From an uncultured Chloroflexia bacterium (GTDB lineage: Bacteria; Chloroflexota; Limnocylindria; QHBO01), in NCBI GenBank assembly GCA_963787025.1, contig CAWBBG010000027.1, positions 580-64,579 of the forward strand: DNA of 64,000 bases, written 5' to 3'. This document shows positions 1 through 10,672 of this stretch, one piece after another; position 1 is the stretch's first letter; every line of letters begins with the position of its first letter. The position numbers and the translations under genes were made by a program. The notes beneath the pieces were generated by a model, which worked only from the letters and a program-made list of their open reading frames with translations, did not search any database and was not told the origin of the DNA.

Positions 1-46
1 TGCCTGCGGCCCTAGTAGCCACGACCTGTCGCTGCCTCGTTGCCGA

Positions 47-256
47 TCAGCCCCCGGTGAGCCACAGCAGCAGGTACTGGATCACGTACGGGACGGCGAA
101 GAAGGCCACGATGCCGAGCAGGACCAGCCCCACGTAGATCGCCAGGTGCATGTCCGGCGCGGCGGGCCGCTCCGGGGGCGGATCCGTGCGGAACGGCAGG
201 TGGCTCGGCCGCTGCGGCCGCTGGTGCTCGTAGGGGTGCTGCTTGAGGTCCGGCAC
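47..256 (-). CDS. small membrane protein (69 aa, one C-terminal TM helix)
   Basis: ORF starts 3 nt after the transketolase stop; hydrophobic segment LAIYVGLVLLGIVAFFAVPYVIQYLLLWL. Confidence 0.6.
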   Translation of the reverse strand: MPDLKQHPYEHQRPQRPSHLPFRTDPPPERPAAPDMHLAIYVGLVLLGIVAFFAVPYVIQYLLLWLTGG

Positions 257-259
257 CGC

Positions 260-2634
260 TCAGCCGCCACGCTCGACGGCCGCCAGGAGCTCTGCAGACG
301 CAGCAGCCGGACCTCGCGGTCCGCGGCGTAGCGCTCGATCCCGGCCAGGATCTGATCCGGGCCCAGGTGCGCCTCGTCCATGACCTCCTCGAGGGTGCCG
401 CCGGTCCGCCAGCGGTCGTCCCAGTCGGACGAGAGCGAGTATTCCGCGGCGATCGGCCCATCGACCCAGTCCCGCATCAGCTTGAAGGCGCGGTTGGTGA
501 CCGCCATGCCGTCCAGCGGTCCGCGTCGGAGCAGATCCGCTCGCGGTAGGCGGCGTCCTGCCGCCGGAACAGCTGCGGGCTGATGGCGGCCACGATCCGG
601 ACGTTGATGCCCCGCGGCATCCAGCTCGGGCAGGATCTTGACCAGGTTCGCGGTGGACACGGTGCCCTGCACGTACACCGTCCCGGCCACGGGGCGCTCC
701 GGATCGCGCGTCGCGCAGCAGGTAGGCGCCGCGCGCCGCCTCGAAGTGCGAGTCCATCCCCAGCGCCGCCCGGTCCGGGATCTCGACCGCCGGCCGGGTC
801 AGGTGCAGCGCCACGATGGGCACGTCGGTGGCCAGGGCGGCCGCGCAGCACCACCGGCACCTCGTTGTACTCCCACGGGTGCAGGTCGATGACGTGGCCC
901 TCGGGGAAGAGCTGGGTCACGCCGGTGGCGAAGATGCCGAAGTGGGTGCGGGAGTCCTCCGCCGTCTCGGGGCCGGAGTGGCCGGCGACCCAGATCACCT
1001 TGCCCAGCTTCAGCTGCGTGTCCTGGGCCAGCTGGCTGAAGAGGCGGAATCGCCCGTACTTCAGGTAGCTGAACGAGCCGTAGGTGGAGCAGGCGCCCCA
1101 GAAGCCGTTGAAGGTCGCCAAGGGGTCATCGGCCAGGTTGACGGTGGCCATGCCCGCCATCAGGCCCGCGTTGGTGAACTCGGTGATCTCCTGGGGCAGC
1201 AGCGTGCCGCGCGGGTTCGTCTCGCGGTCGTACCAGCCCCAGCCCGGCATGCCCTCGTAGTCCTTGGCGAAGCCGGAGATGTTCGTGGAGTCGGCGAGGT
1301 CCGCGGAGCAGGCGATGACCAGCGGGCCGACCGTACTCCCTGCGCGCGAAGGCGTTGACCCAGGCGCCCCAGCTGGCGAGCGCCGCCCGGTTGGGCGCCT
1401 TCTCGCCGGGCGCCTTCCAGAGCGACTCGGGGTAGCAGCGGACGTCGGTGATGCGCGGGTCGTCGAAGATCTGCGGCGCCGGGTCCGCCCAGGTTCAGGC
1501 CCTCGACGGTGTCGGGCACCGATGTCGGCCAGCTCCACGAGCCGGTCGCTGATGGCGTCCACCACCTCGGTGTGCGCGCGCAGGACGCCCATCGCCACCG
1601 CGAAGTTGTGGCGCGCCTGGGCCTCTTGCTCGGCCGGATCGCTGGCGCCGGCTGGTCGACCCCGGCGTACTCGACCCCGTGGCGGGCCATGAACTCCTTG
1701 CGCACCGTCCAGAACTCCGGGGCGTTCATGGGCCAGGGCGAGCCGTGGCTCTTGTTGTCGTACTTGCCGTAGCCGCGGCCCTTGCGGGTCTTGAACCAGG
1801 CCGCCGAGGGCACGCCACGCGGGTTCTCGCCCCGCGCCGCCTCGAGGACCGCGCGGGTCACCGGCTCCCACTCGGAGCCGTACAGGGTGCCGGTCACCCG
1901 CCAGTCATAGGCACCGAACCAGGTCTCCGGGGTGCCCGGCACAACACGGCTGATGGCCGTGTCGTCGATCCCGTAGTCGTTCCAGTCGATGAGGAAGACC
2001 AGGTTCGAGAGGCCCAGGCCCCAGGCCGTGTTGCGCGTCTCGTGGCTGGCGCCCGGGGGTCAGGCCGCCCTCGCCCTCGACGGCGAAGACCTTGACCTCC
2101 TCGCAGCCGGCCAGCTTGAGGGCGATCGCCTCCCCGGCCGCCGGCGGCATGCCGTGGCCGGAGGGTCCGGTGTTGAACTTGAGGAAGAGGGTCTTGCCCT
2201 CCATCTCGGCGTGGCCGGCCAGCCCGCCGCGGCGGCGGAGCGTGAGGAGGTCCTCCCAGGTGAGCGCCCAGCGTCCGTCGTCGGGGAAGGCGAACTCGTC
2301 GCGCGGGTCACGCTCGTGCCGTGCGCGCAGCACCTCGTTGAGGACCGCCAGCGTGCTGTAGACCAGCGGAATCGGTGTGGCCTGCGGAGAGGACGAATCG
2401 GTCGGCGAACGGACGCCACGGGCGGCGGATGTCCCAGCGCATGGCGCCGGAGAGGAGCAGCGACAGGAAGAGGTGGACCTTGGACCGCGAGCCGCCGGGA
2501 TGGCCGCTCTGCCGGTAGTTCAGCGAGAGGTCGATGCACTCGTCGATGACCTCGCGAAGCAGCTCCCAGTGCGCGAAGGAGGGCGCCGCCTGCTCGGCCA
2601 GGCGCTCGACGTCGTCGGACTGGACGGCGGTCAT
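260..2634 (-). CDS. tkt: transketolase-like ThDP enzyme (several frameshifts, probably sequencing errors)
   Basis: Motifs spread over frames: SGHPGGSRS, DRFVLSAGH, NTGPSGHG, EGEGG..WNDYGID, SADLADST, HSGPETAEDSRTH; ATG overlaps the aminotransferase stop (ATGA). Confidence 0.8.
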
Positions 2635-3842
2635 CGGCTCGTCTCCGCCGGGGCAGAGACGAGCTCCCCGGTCCGTTCGAGCTTCGCCAGCGATTCCCCG
2701 ACGCGGTCGAGCGCCTTGGTGAGGTTCTCGCGGGAGTTCGCGTAGCTGAAGCGCAGGTACCCCTCGCCGTGGGCGCCGAATGCCGTGCCCGCGAGACCGC
2801 AGACGCCCGCGTCGTAGAGCAGGTGATCCGCGATCTCGTTGCTGCTGCGGCCGAAGCTCTTGACGTTGGGGAAGGCATAGAACGCGCCATGGGGCATGAC
2901 GCAGCTGACCCCGGGAATCGCGTTCAGCCCTTCCACGATGAGCGACCGGCGCCCGATGAACTCGGCCCGCATCGCGTCGGCGGCGTCCTGTGGGCCGGTG
3001 AGCGCCGCGACCGCGCCCACCTGGGCGAAGGCGTTGGTGCAGCTGACGCTGTTGATGACCAGGCGGCTGAAGGACGGGACCAGCCACTCCGGCAGGATCC
3101 CGTACCCGAGGCGCCACCCGGTCATGGCAAAGGTCTTGGAGAATCCGTCCAGGGTGATGGTCCGCTCCGCCATCCCGGGCAGCGTGGCGATCGAGAGCAG
3201 GGAGCCCTCGTACTGGAGCCGGCCGTAGATCTCGTCGGCCAGGACCACGAGGTCGTGCTCGGTGGCGATCCGCGCGATCTCGCGCACGTCATCGTGGCTG
3301 AGGGTCGAGCCGGTCGGGTTCTGCGGTGAGTTGAAGACGATCATGCGGGTCCGGTCGGTCACGAGCGACTCGACCTCCGCGATGTCCATCCGGAAGTCGT
3401 TCTCCTCGCGCAGCGGCGCGGCGACCGGCGTCCCGCCCACGTAGCGCGCCATGCTCTCGTAGATCGGGAACCCCGGGTTGGGATAGATGACCTCGTCGCC
3501 GGGGTTGATCAGGGCGAGCATGGCGTAGAACATGATCGGCTTGGCGCCGGGCGTGACCACCACCTGCCCGGGACTCGTCTGGATCCCCTTCCAGCGCTTC
3601 ACGTCGGCCACGATCGCCTCCCGCAGCGGGGCGATGCCTGTGGCGGCGGTGTAGTGCGTCATCCCCTCCTCGAGCACGGCGTGCGCCGCGGCCTCGGAGA
3701 TGTGGCGGGGCGTGTCGAAGTCGGGCTCGCCGATCTCGAGGTGGATCACCTCTCGACCGGTCGCCTCCAGGGCCCGGGCGCGGGCGGCCGCCTCGAATGC
3801 CGTCTCGGTCCCGATCAGGTCCATGCGGCTGGCAAGCTTCAC
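2631..3842 (-). CDS. PLP-dependent aminotransferase class I/II (aspartate aminotransferase-like)
   Basis: IGEPDF, NSPQNPTG, DEIY, GFSKTFAMTGWRLG; GTG start after GGAGG. Confidence 0.92.
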   Translation of the reverse strand: MKLASRMDLIGTETAFEAAARARALEATGREVIHLEIGEPDFDTPRHISEAAAHAVLEEGMTHYTAATGIAPLREAIVADVKRWKGIQTSPGQVVVTPGAKPIMFYAMLALINPGDEVIYPNPGFPIYESMARYVGGTPVAAPLREENDFRMDIAEVESLVTDRTRMIVFNSPQNPTGSTLSHDDVREIARIATEHDLVVLADEIYGRLQYEGSLLSIATLPGMAERTITLDGFSKTFAMTGWRLGYGILPEWLVPSFSRLVINSVSCTNAFAQVGAVAALTGPQDAADAMRAEFIGRRSLIVEGLNAIPGVSCVMPHGAFYAFPNVKSFGRSSNEIADHLLYDAGVCGLAGTAFGAHGEGYLRFSYANSRENLTKALDRVGESLAKLERTGELVSAPAETSR

Positions 3843-4051
3843 GACGGGTGCCTCCCTGCGCGATACGTATTCTCGGGTCGTCTGCCAGAGTGTACCGATG
3901 GCGCACGCGGCCCGCCGACCGCCATCGGTCCCGTCGCGGCCATGCCGATTAGGCCCATTGCGGAAAGGCTGAGCGCCGCTGGTATACTTTCGCGAGCGAT
4001 GCCACGACCATCCGTCGCTCACCGAGCGCCGAGAGGAGAATTCTGAGTCCC

Positions 4052-4477
4052 ATGACGATGTCCGAGACGACGCCGCAGGCGATCCCGCAGACCGCCCCGG
4101 CCCCCGCTGCCGAGCCGCTCGTCACGCTCACCGACGCCGCCGCCGCGAAGGTCCTGGACCTGCGCTCTCGCGAAGGCAAGGCCGATGCCCGACTCCGGCT
4201 CTTCGTGAAGAGCGGAGGCTGCTCCGGCTTCAGCTACGGCCTCGCGTTCGACGACCGCCTCGCGGACGACGACCGCGTCGAGGACCACGCAGGCGTGCCG
4301 ATCGTGATCGACGCCTTCAGCGCCCAGTACATCGACGGGGCGGAGATCGACTACGTCGATTCGCTGATGGGGTCCGGCTTCGCAATCAACAACCCCAACG
4401 CCGTCTCGAGCTGCGCCTGTGGCTCCAGCTTCAACACCGACGGCTCGCCGGCACGCGCAGGCGGCTGCGCTCACTGA
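4052..4477 (+). CDS. A-type Fe-S cluster carrier (HesB/IscA/ErpA family)
   Basis: GGCSGFSY and NPNAVSSCACGSSF; AGGAG upstream. Confidence 0.93.
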   Translation: MTMSETTPQAIPQTAPAPAAEPLVTLTDAAAAKVLDLRSREGKADARLRLFVKSGGCSGFSYGLAFDDRLADDDRVEDHAGVPIVIDAFSAQYIDGAEIDYVDSLMGSGFAINNPNAVSSCACGSSFNTDGSPARAGGCAH

Positions 4478-4499
4478 TCATCCTCCCCCGGCACGTCAT

Positions 4500-4525
4500 G
4501 GAGCCCCGGAGCGATCCGGGGCTTC
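4500..4525 (+). terminator. GC-rich hairpin, possible terminator
   Basis: ggagccccgga-gcga-tccggggcttc just after the HesB-family gene; no strong U-tract. Confidence 0.5.
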
Positions 4526-4598
4526 GTCGTCTCCGCGGGCCAGATGAGTGGGCACGAAATCTGCTACCGTGCGCCACCCAGTAATCACGGATCAGCAC

Positions 4599-5339
4599 AT
4601 GGCGGCAAGCATCGAAAAGGCCCCCGTCCCGATCAGCGCCGTGGAGCGCATCCGGCGGGAGTTCGCGCAGGCATGGGGCGCCATCGGCGCTGCCTGGGGC
4701 GTGGCCCCCTCGACCGCCGCCGTGCAGGGCTACTTCCTGGTCCACGGCGGCCCGCTGACCGAGCCGGAGATCCGCCGCGCCCTGGGGCTCTCGCACCGCG
4801 CCGCAGCCATGGCGCTCGCCGAATGCACGGAATGGGGCCTCATCGAGCGCACCGAGGCGGGCCGGCGCACCGGCCGGCGTGGGCCGCAGGCGGCCGCCTA
4901 CCTCGCGGTCGGCGATAACTGGGAGTGGTTCCGACGCGTCGCGCGGGCGCGGAAGGAGCGCGAGACGGACCCGGTGGTGCCCGTCATCGCGCGCTGCGCG
5001 GAGCTGGCGGCCACCGAGGCGACGACGGGCGGCCCGGACGCCGCGGAGCTGAGCGATCTCAGCGATCGGCTCGAGGGGCTGCTGCGCTTCGTCCATCTCT
5101 TCGACCGCGGGGTGGGGATCTTCGTGGACGCCTCCCCCACCGCCACGCAGCGGCTCTTCGCCCTCCTCGACGAGCTGGACGACGCCAGCCTGCGGCGGCT
5201 GCTGGCCATCCTGGAGACCGTAGATCCCAACGACCTGGCCCGCGCAACGGACGCGCTCGCCAGCCTGCCGCCGTCCGCCGCGCGCCGGCTGGTCGGCATG
5301 GCCGGCACACCCGGGCTCGCCCGTCTCATCGGGCGCTGA
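4599..5339 (+). CDS. GbsR/MarR-type winged-helix regulator with helical C-terminal extension
   Basis: FAQAWGAIGAAWGV..PLTEPEIRRALGLS..WGLIER..RARKERETDP pattern. Confidence 0.8.
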   Translation: MAASIEKAPVPISAVERIRREFAQAWGAIGAAWGVAPSTAAVQGYFLVHGGPLTEPEIRRALGLSHRAAAMALAECTEWGLIERTEAGRRTGRRGPQAAAYLAVGDNWEWFRRVARARKERETDPVVPVIARCAELAATEATTGGPDAAELSDLSDRLEGLLRFVHLFDRGVGIFVDASPTATQRLFALLDELDDASLRRLLAILETVDPNDLARATDALASLPPSAARRLVGMAGTPGLARLIGR

Positions 5340-5357
5340 CCGAGGAGCGCCCGGGCG

Positions 5358-6812
5358 CTACTCGCCCGATCCGTCGTCGTCGAAGACGCCGGCCCCCGCC
5401 ATCGCCGCAGCCCCGGCACCACCGCCGAGCGCGGCCGGCAGCGGCCGGTGCATGGGCGCGGCCGTCACGTGCTGCGCAACGAGTCCCCGCGTCCCGCGGA
5501 TCTTGAGCTGGTCGAAGAGGAACCCGAACTTGTCGCGCAGATGGCCCGCGACCTCATCGGCGGCGGCGGCGGGCAGGTTCCACAGGTCCGCCTTGAACGG
5601 ACCGATCGCCTTCTTGCGGGTCTTGTAGAGGAACTGCTCCTCCGTCTGGCCCTCCTTGCGCTCATCGGCACAGTGCTCCGCGCACCAGGCCATCATCCGG
5701 TCGTGGAGCTCGGCCGGGAGGCCGCCCTCGTCGTACAGGATGTTCTGGAAGCCGGTCGCCAGGTGGATCTCGGCGGTCCCGTTGCCCGGGAAGTGGTGGA
5801 ACGCCTCGTCGGGTAGCGTGGAGGCACCGTGCTGGACGCAGCCGGCCAGGCCGTACTCGTCGCGCGCCACTGCAGAGAGGCGCTGCATGGTGTCGAAGTC
5901 GATCTTGACCGTCGCCACCGTCCCGTCGGGGAGCACCACGCCGCCATGGCTGGTGCCGGTCTGGATGCTCACCTTGCTGACGCCCGCCGTCCCGGACCCG
6001 TGGAGCAGCCCGAGGTACTCGTTCAGGTACGCGCGCAGCTCCTCCTCCGTGGAGTTCGCCTTGCCCACCTCGCCGATCTCGCCGCCGACCGAAACGGTCA
6101 CCCCGTCCGGCTCAAGCTCGCGGATGAGGCGGGTGAGCTCTGCGGTGTTCGTCGCGTTGGTGTGCTGCTGCTCACGCACGGTTGGCAGGGAGAGGTCCAC
6201 GAGTGTGCTCGAGTCGATGTCGATGTTCAGGAAGCCCGCCCGCACCGCCTCTGTCGTCAGCGCGCGGAGCCCGGCCATCTCCTTCTCCGGGTCGGCCGCC
6301 CACTTCGTCGCGTTGAACTGGAAGTGATCGCCCTGGAGGAAGACCGGACCCGGCCAGCCGGTGCGGATCGCCGCGGCGAGGATCACCGCGGCGTACTCGG
6401 CGGGGCGCTGGTCGGTATAGGCCATCTCGCTCTTGGCGATCTCGAAGATGACCGTACCCGCGTCGCGTTCCATGGCGGCGGCGAAAGCCTGACGAGCGCT
6501 CAGGTACGCGGCGGCCCGGACATTGATGGCCGGGACGGTGAAGTCCGTGGGTGGGAACTCGCCCCGCCCGCGAGCCATGTACAGCTCGTGGATCGAGGCC
6601 GATGGGCATCCGAGCGCCTGGCTGGCCTCCCAGATGACCCAGCGCGCTGCATCGCGCAGCCCGCCGTCGGGGTTGAAGACGGCCTCGCGCACGAGGCGGT
6701 CGATGATCTCCCCGCGGAAGCGGGCGGCATCGGTGATGACGAGGCGGTCGCCCTCGATGGCAGCGGCACCTGAGAGCAGGGCCAACAGCTCCTTGGAAGA
6801 GGAGACGGTCAT
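5358..6812 (-). CDS. class II fructose-bisphosphate aldolase family protein (long form)
   Basis: PAIN, QGDHFQ, DIDSS, GGEIGEVG, GTSHGG, VQHGAS motifs. Confidence 0.88.
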   Translation of the reverse strand: MTVSSSKELLALLSGAAAIEGDRLVITDAARFRGEIIDRLVREAVFNPDGGLRDAARWVIWEASQALGCPSASIHELYMARGRGEFPPTDFTVPAINVRAAAYLSARQAFAAAMERDAGTVIFEIAKSEMAYTDQRPAEYAAVILAAAIRTGWPGPVFLQGDHFQFNATKWAADPEKEMAGLRALTTEAVRAGFLNIDIDSSTLVDLSLPTVREQQHTNATNTAELTRLIRELEPDGVTVSVGGEIGEVGKANSTEEELRAYLNEYLGLLHGSGTAGVSKVSIQTGTSHGGVVLPDGTVATVKIDFDTMQRLSAVARDEYGLAGCVQHGASTLPDEAFHHFPGNGTAEIHLATGFQNILYDEGGLPAELHDRMMAWCAEHCADERKEGQTEEQFLYKTRKKAIGPFKADLWNLPAAAADEVAGHLRDKFGFLFDQLKIRGTRGLVAQHVTAAPMHRPLPAALGGGAGAAAMAGAGVFDDDGSGE

Positions 6813-6848
6813 GATCGGATCACTTCTCCTGGTGGTACGCCACCCATC

Positions 6849-7145
6849 CTAGCGAAGGGCGGAGACGGTGGTGAATGCCAGGAGGAGGGAAACCGGCAGG
6901 CCGATTGTCGCAGCCAGCAGGTACCAGTCGCGCGCAGCCCGCCCGTCGGCCACCCGCCGACGCTGCAGCCTGGCCACCCAGAGGAGCACGGCGCTGAGCC
7001 CGGCGACGTAGAGAACGGCTGCGGTCGACACGACGGCGATCGCGAGGGGTCGGACCGATGCGCAGCTGCCGAAGGCGAGCGGTCCGCCACGGGGGCAGGC
7101 GCTCGCCAGCTCAGCGACGACGAGCCCGCCGGCACCCAGGAGCAC
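6849..7145 (-). CDS. small hypothetical membrane protein (start uncertain)
   Basis: Two to three hydrophobic segments; co-oriented with the upstream respiratory operon. Confidence 0.5.
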   Translation of the reverse strand: MLLGAGGLVVAELASACPRGGPLAFGSCASVRPLAIAVVSTAAVLYVAGLSAVLLWVARLQRRRVADGRAARDWYLLAATIGLPVSLLLAFTTVSALR

Positions 7146-7225
7146 GGCTATCGACCACGCGACGTGGGCGATCAGCAGCTCCCGCGAGGGGCCTCCGTGC
7201 CGTGTGGGCCTGCCGCCGGTGGGGG

Positions 7226-7816
7226 TCAGCCGGCCAGGTAGGCGGCCGAGGTGGCCTCGGCCTCACGAGCCTCGCGACGCGTGACCCGGCGGTACTCGAT
7301 GGCGAAGAAGGCGAGCGCCGCGACCCCCAGCCCCGCGACCAGGGCGCCGAAGGCCAGCGCCTGGATCGGGAACGCCTCCGTGCCCGCCGGCGGGACGAAC
7401 GTGCCGCCCGCCATGTTGAAGGCGAGGAGCGGGATCATCACCAGGTAGACGAAGAGCAGCTGCAGGAAGTCGACGATCCGGATGAGGGCCCAGGCAAAGC
7501 CACGGCGGCCGCGGGCTGCCTGTGTCCAGAGCGCAAGCGCGATCAGGATCACGAAGTTCCCACCACCCACCCCGGCCGCGAAGAGGAACCCGGTGTCAGG
7601 GGAGAGCTTGAGGAAGGGAATGTACTGCGTGACGCCGTAGTAGACGTAGTTCGGCACGTAGGCGATCAGGAAGTAGATGTAGAGGAAGAGCGGCACGCCC
7701 TTCAGGACCGCCACCAACCAGGTCTCGTACCCGAAGAGCAGCCAGCTCATGAAGTCATCGACCTGGCGGATGAGGTTGGCGCCGATGGTTCGCGATCGCG
7801 GTCGTGTCTGGCTCAT
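7226..7816 (-). CDS. uncharacterised multi-pass membrane protein of the Rieske/cytochrome b operon
   Basis: 196 aa with about 4 TM segments; starts 7 nt after the corrected cytochrome c stop. Confidence 0.8.
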   Translation of the reverse strand: MSQTRPRSRTIGANLIRQVDDFMSWLLFGYETWLVAVLKGVPLFLYIYFLIAYVPNYVYYGVTQYIPFLKLSPDTGFLFAAGVGGGNFVILIALALWTQAARGRRGFAWALIRIVDFLQLLFVYLVMIPLLAFNMAGGTFVPPAGTEAFPIQALAFGALVAGLGVAALAFFAIEYRRVTRREAREAEATSAAYLAG

Positions 7817-7823
7817 GGGTGCG

Positions 7824-8631
7824 TCACTGCTTCTGCGTCAGGAGGAATGTGATCAGGGCCTGGAGCTGGTCGTTGGTCACCTGGGACTCCGGGAAGGCGG
7901 GCATCCCCGTCGCCGTGCCGCCGTTGTAGTTGTTGGAGGAGTCCCGGATCCACTTCGTGAAGAAGGTCGCCGGATCGGCTCGCGTAGTCGGACTTCATCT
8001 GGGCCAGGCCGCTGGGCGGATTCGGGAGGCCGGTGCCGATCTCGTTGCCCACGTTCTGCAGGCTCGGGAACGTGCCGGGAACGCCACCCAGGTCCGCCTG
8101 GTGGCAGCTCACGCAGCCGACCGAGTTGTAGACCTGCTTACCTGCCTCGGCCGTGTTGGCCACGGGCGCCTGGCTGGCGTTGGCGTTGGCCTTGGCCCAG
8201 CCGGTGACCAGCGCGGTGAGCGCGTCGATCTGCTGGACGGTGAGAGGCCCGCCCACCTCGGTGCTCCAGGCGGGCATGATCGAGCTCACGTTGCCGGACA
8301 CCACTACGCCGCCGAAGCGGATGACCAGGTTCACGTAGTCGGGATTGACTTTGAGCTTGTTGGCGATGCTGGGGCTGTGGAGGTTCGGGGCGTTGAGACC
8401 CGGCTGGCCCGGGACCGGACCGCCCGTGCCTTCCGGCCCGTGGCAGCGCGCGCAGCCCGCCGCGGCCGGGTCGTTGGGGTTGTTGGCGAAGACCTCCTTC
8501 CCGAACGCGAGCTGCGCCTGCTCGGCACTGGTCTGGCGACCCACGAGGCGCGCGGAGTCGGTGAGCCAGTAGAACATCGTGAAGAGCGCCAGGGCACTCA
8601 CCACGATGACGCCGAGCGTCTTTATTCGCAT
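7824..8631 (-). CDS. membrane-anchored diheme cytochrome c (frameshift near 7975)
   Basis: N-terminal TM; CARCH and CVSCH; axial Met motifs IMPAW and, after the frameshift, GMPAF..LQALITFLLTQKQ*. Confidence 0.88.
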
Positions 8632-8635
8632 TGGC

Positions 8636-9299
8636 TCAGCCTGCGCAGTGCTTGCCGGTCAGGTCGGCCGCCGTGCGTGGGTCGAAGGTCACGGTGCCGA
8701 CCGGCGGACCGGTGACCTTCTTCCCGGTGTCGACGGTGTAGACGCCAGAGCTCCCGACCGAGACCGGGAAGTGATCCATCCCGCGAGGGGCGGGTCCGTC
8801 GCGCTTCTCGCTCAGGATCGTGTACTTGCTGCCGTGGCACAGGCACTCGAACCAGTGGCTCTTCTCGCACAGCGGCGGGATCTGGCAGCCAAGGTGCGGG
8901 CACTTGCGGTAGAGCGCCATGACGGAGCGGTCCTTGAAGGCCAGGGACTCGTCCACCTTCGTTCCGGGGTCGGGGATGTTCGCCGGCTTGCCGTCGACGA
9001 GATCCATGCCCGCCGGCACGTTCACGAAGAAGAGCCGGGCCTTCTGGTACGTATACGGCTGGCCCTTGGCCCAGTCCGGCCAGACGGTCAGGATGTCCTG
9101 TGCCGAGCCCAGCTCGACCTTGCCGCCGAGACCACCGCGTCAGGTTCGGCCAGAGAAATGCGAAGGTACCGCCGAGGAATTCCAGGCTCAGGAGACCCAT
9201 CCCGGCACCCAGCATGCGGCGCATGAAGGTACGGCGGCTGATCTCGCGGGCCGGCTGCGACGTGACGGGTCCATAGGAGAGGTTCGTGTTGCTGCTCAT
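8636..9299 (-). CDS. Rieske [2Fe-2S] subunit (frameshifted in ~9060-9140)
   Basis: Tat-like ISRRTFMRR plus TM; CPHLGC and FECLCHGS boxes; GPAPRGMD. Confidence 0.9.
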
Positions 9300-9910
9300 A
9301 GGTTGAAGAAGATTCCCTCCCATGGCCAGACCCAGTTCCATCCCGGGCCTCTGAAGAAGGAGCCGATGAGGGTGACCAGCAGACCGCCGACCATCAGGCT
9401 CATGAAGAAGACCCAGATCAGCTTGCGGTCGCGGGCCGCCTTGAACGGTGATCGGTCGACGAACGGGATCAACGCCAGGCCCACCAGGTAGAGGGTCGGG
9501 ACCAGCACGCCGGCGACGGTCGGGTTGAAGTAGCTCAGGATCTCCTGGAGGCCCAGGAAATACCACGGCGCCTTGGCAACGTGCGGCGTGTTGCCGGCGT
9601 TCGCCATCTGCTCGAGCGGCGCCTGGATGAGCAGGGAGGTGACGACGAGGAGCCCCATGATGAGCGCCGCCATGAGGAACTCGGCACGGAGCAGGTGCGG
9701 CCAGGTCAGCACCGTCTCGTCGGGTCGCTTGTCGACCCGGACCATCGACTCCTGCTTGACGTAGGCGAGCAGCCGGAACCGCTCGGTACCCGGCACTCCC
9801 GGGGGCCCGGGAAGCTTTGGCCCGCCTCCGCGCTCGACCATGGGTACCCGTGGCGCCTGGGTCGGAGCGTTCTTGTCGGCGGTCGCGTTCGGCCGCTTCT
9901 CGATGGTCAT
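9296..9910 (-). CDS. cytochrome b6 subunit IV-like (C-terminal part of split cytochrome b)
   Basis: TWPHLL..APLEQMAN..TP..KAPWYFLGLQE (Qo-site motif variant), IPFVDRSP. Confidence 0.88.
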   Translation of the reverse strand: MTIEKRPNATADKNAPTQAPRVPMVERGGGPKLPGPPGVPGTERFRLLAYVKQESMVRVDKRPDETVLTWPHLLRAEFLMAALIMGLLVVTSLLIQAPLEQMANAGNTPHVAKAPWYFLGLQEILSYFNPTVAGVLVPTLYLVGLALIPFVDRSPFKAARDRKLIWVFFMSLMVGGLLVTLIGSFFRGPGWNWVWPWEGIFFNL

Positions 9911-9937
9911 GGGTCTGCCGTTCCTATCCTACCGCGC

Positions 9938-10672
9938 TCAGACCGGACCGCTGATGCCGCCGTCCTTCCGGATCCTCCAGAAGTGGACGATCATCAGAAT
10001 CGCGGCGATGAGCGGGAAGGCGATGACGTGCATCACGTAGAAGCGCAGCAGGGTCCCCTGCCCGACCTCGATCCCGCCGAGAAGGAAGAGGGACGACTGC
10101 TGCGAAAGCAATGGGGCGTAGGTGGCCATCTGGGTGCCCACGGTGACGGCCCAGAACGCGATCTGGTCCCAGGGCAGCAGGTAGCCGGTGAAGCTGAGCC
10201 ACAGGGTCGAGAAGAGGAGCAGGACCCCGATCACCCAGTTGAACTCCCGCGGCGGCTTGTAGGCGCCGTGGTAGAAGACGCGGATCATGTGCAGGAAGAC
10301 GGTCAGCACCATGAGGTGCGCGCCCCATCGGTGCATGTTGCGCACGAGCTCGCCGAACGCGACCGAGTTCTCGATGGAGAGGATGTCCTGGTAGGCGCGG
10401 CTCACCGACGGTACGTAGAAGAACATCAGGTAGAGGCCGGTGACCGTCAGCACCAGGAACAGGAAGAAGCTGATGCCGCCCAGGCAGAAGGTGTACGTGT
10501 AGCGAACCGCGTGCCTCTTGACCCGCACCGGGTGCAGGTGGAGGAACACGTTGTTCATCACCGCCAGGGCACGGGTCCGGCTGGTGGACGGATAGGGCTG
10601 GCGGAAGAGGGAGCGCCAGATCTGCGTCTCCTTCAGGCCCCTGTACAGGTCGCCGGGTCCGGGGAAGCTCAT
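9938..10672 (-). CDS. cytochrome b6-like N-terminal subunit
   Basis: FCLGG (heme ci Cys), [39 protein letters not shown]. Confidence 0.93.
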   Translation of the reverse strand: MSFPGPGDLYRGLKETQIWRSLFRQPYPSTSRTRALAVMNNVFLHLHPVRVKRHAVRYTYTFCLGGISFFLFLVLTVTGLYLMFFYVPSVSRAYQDILSIENSVAFGELVRNMHRWGAHLMVLTVFLHMIRVFYHGAYKPPREFNWVIGVLLLFSTLWLSFTGYLLPWDQIAFWAVTVGTQMATYAPLLSQQSSLFLLGGIEVGQGTLLRFYVMHVIAFPLIAAILMIVHFWRIRKDGGISGPV

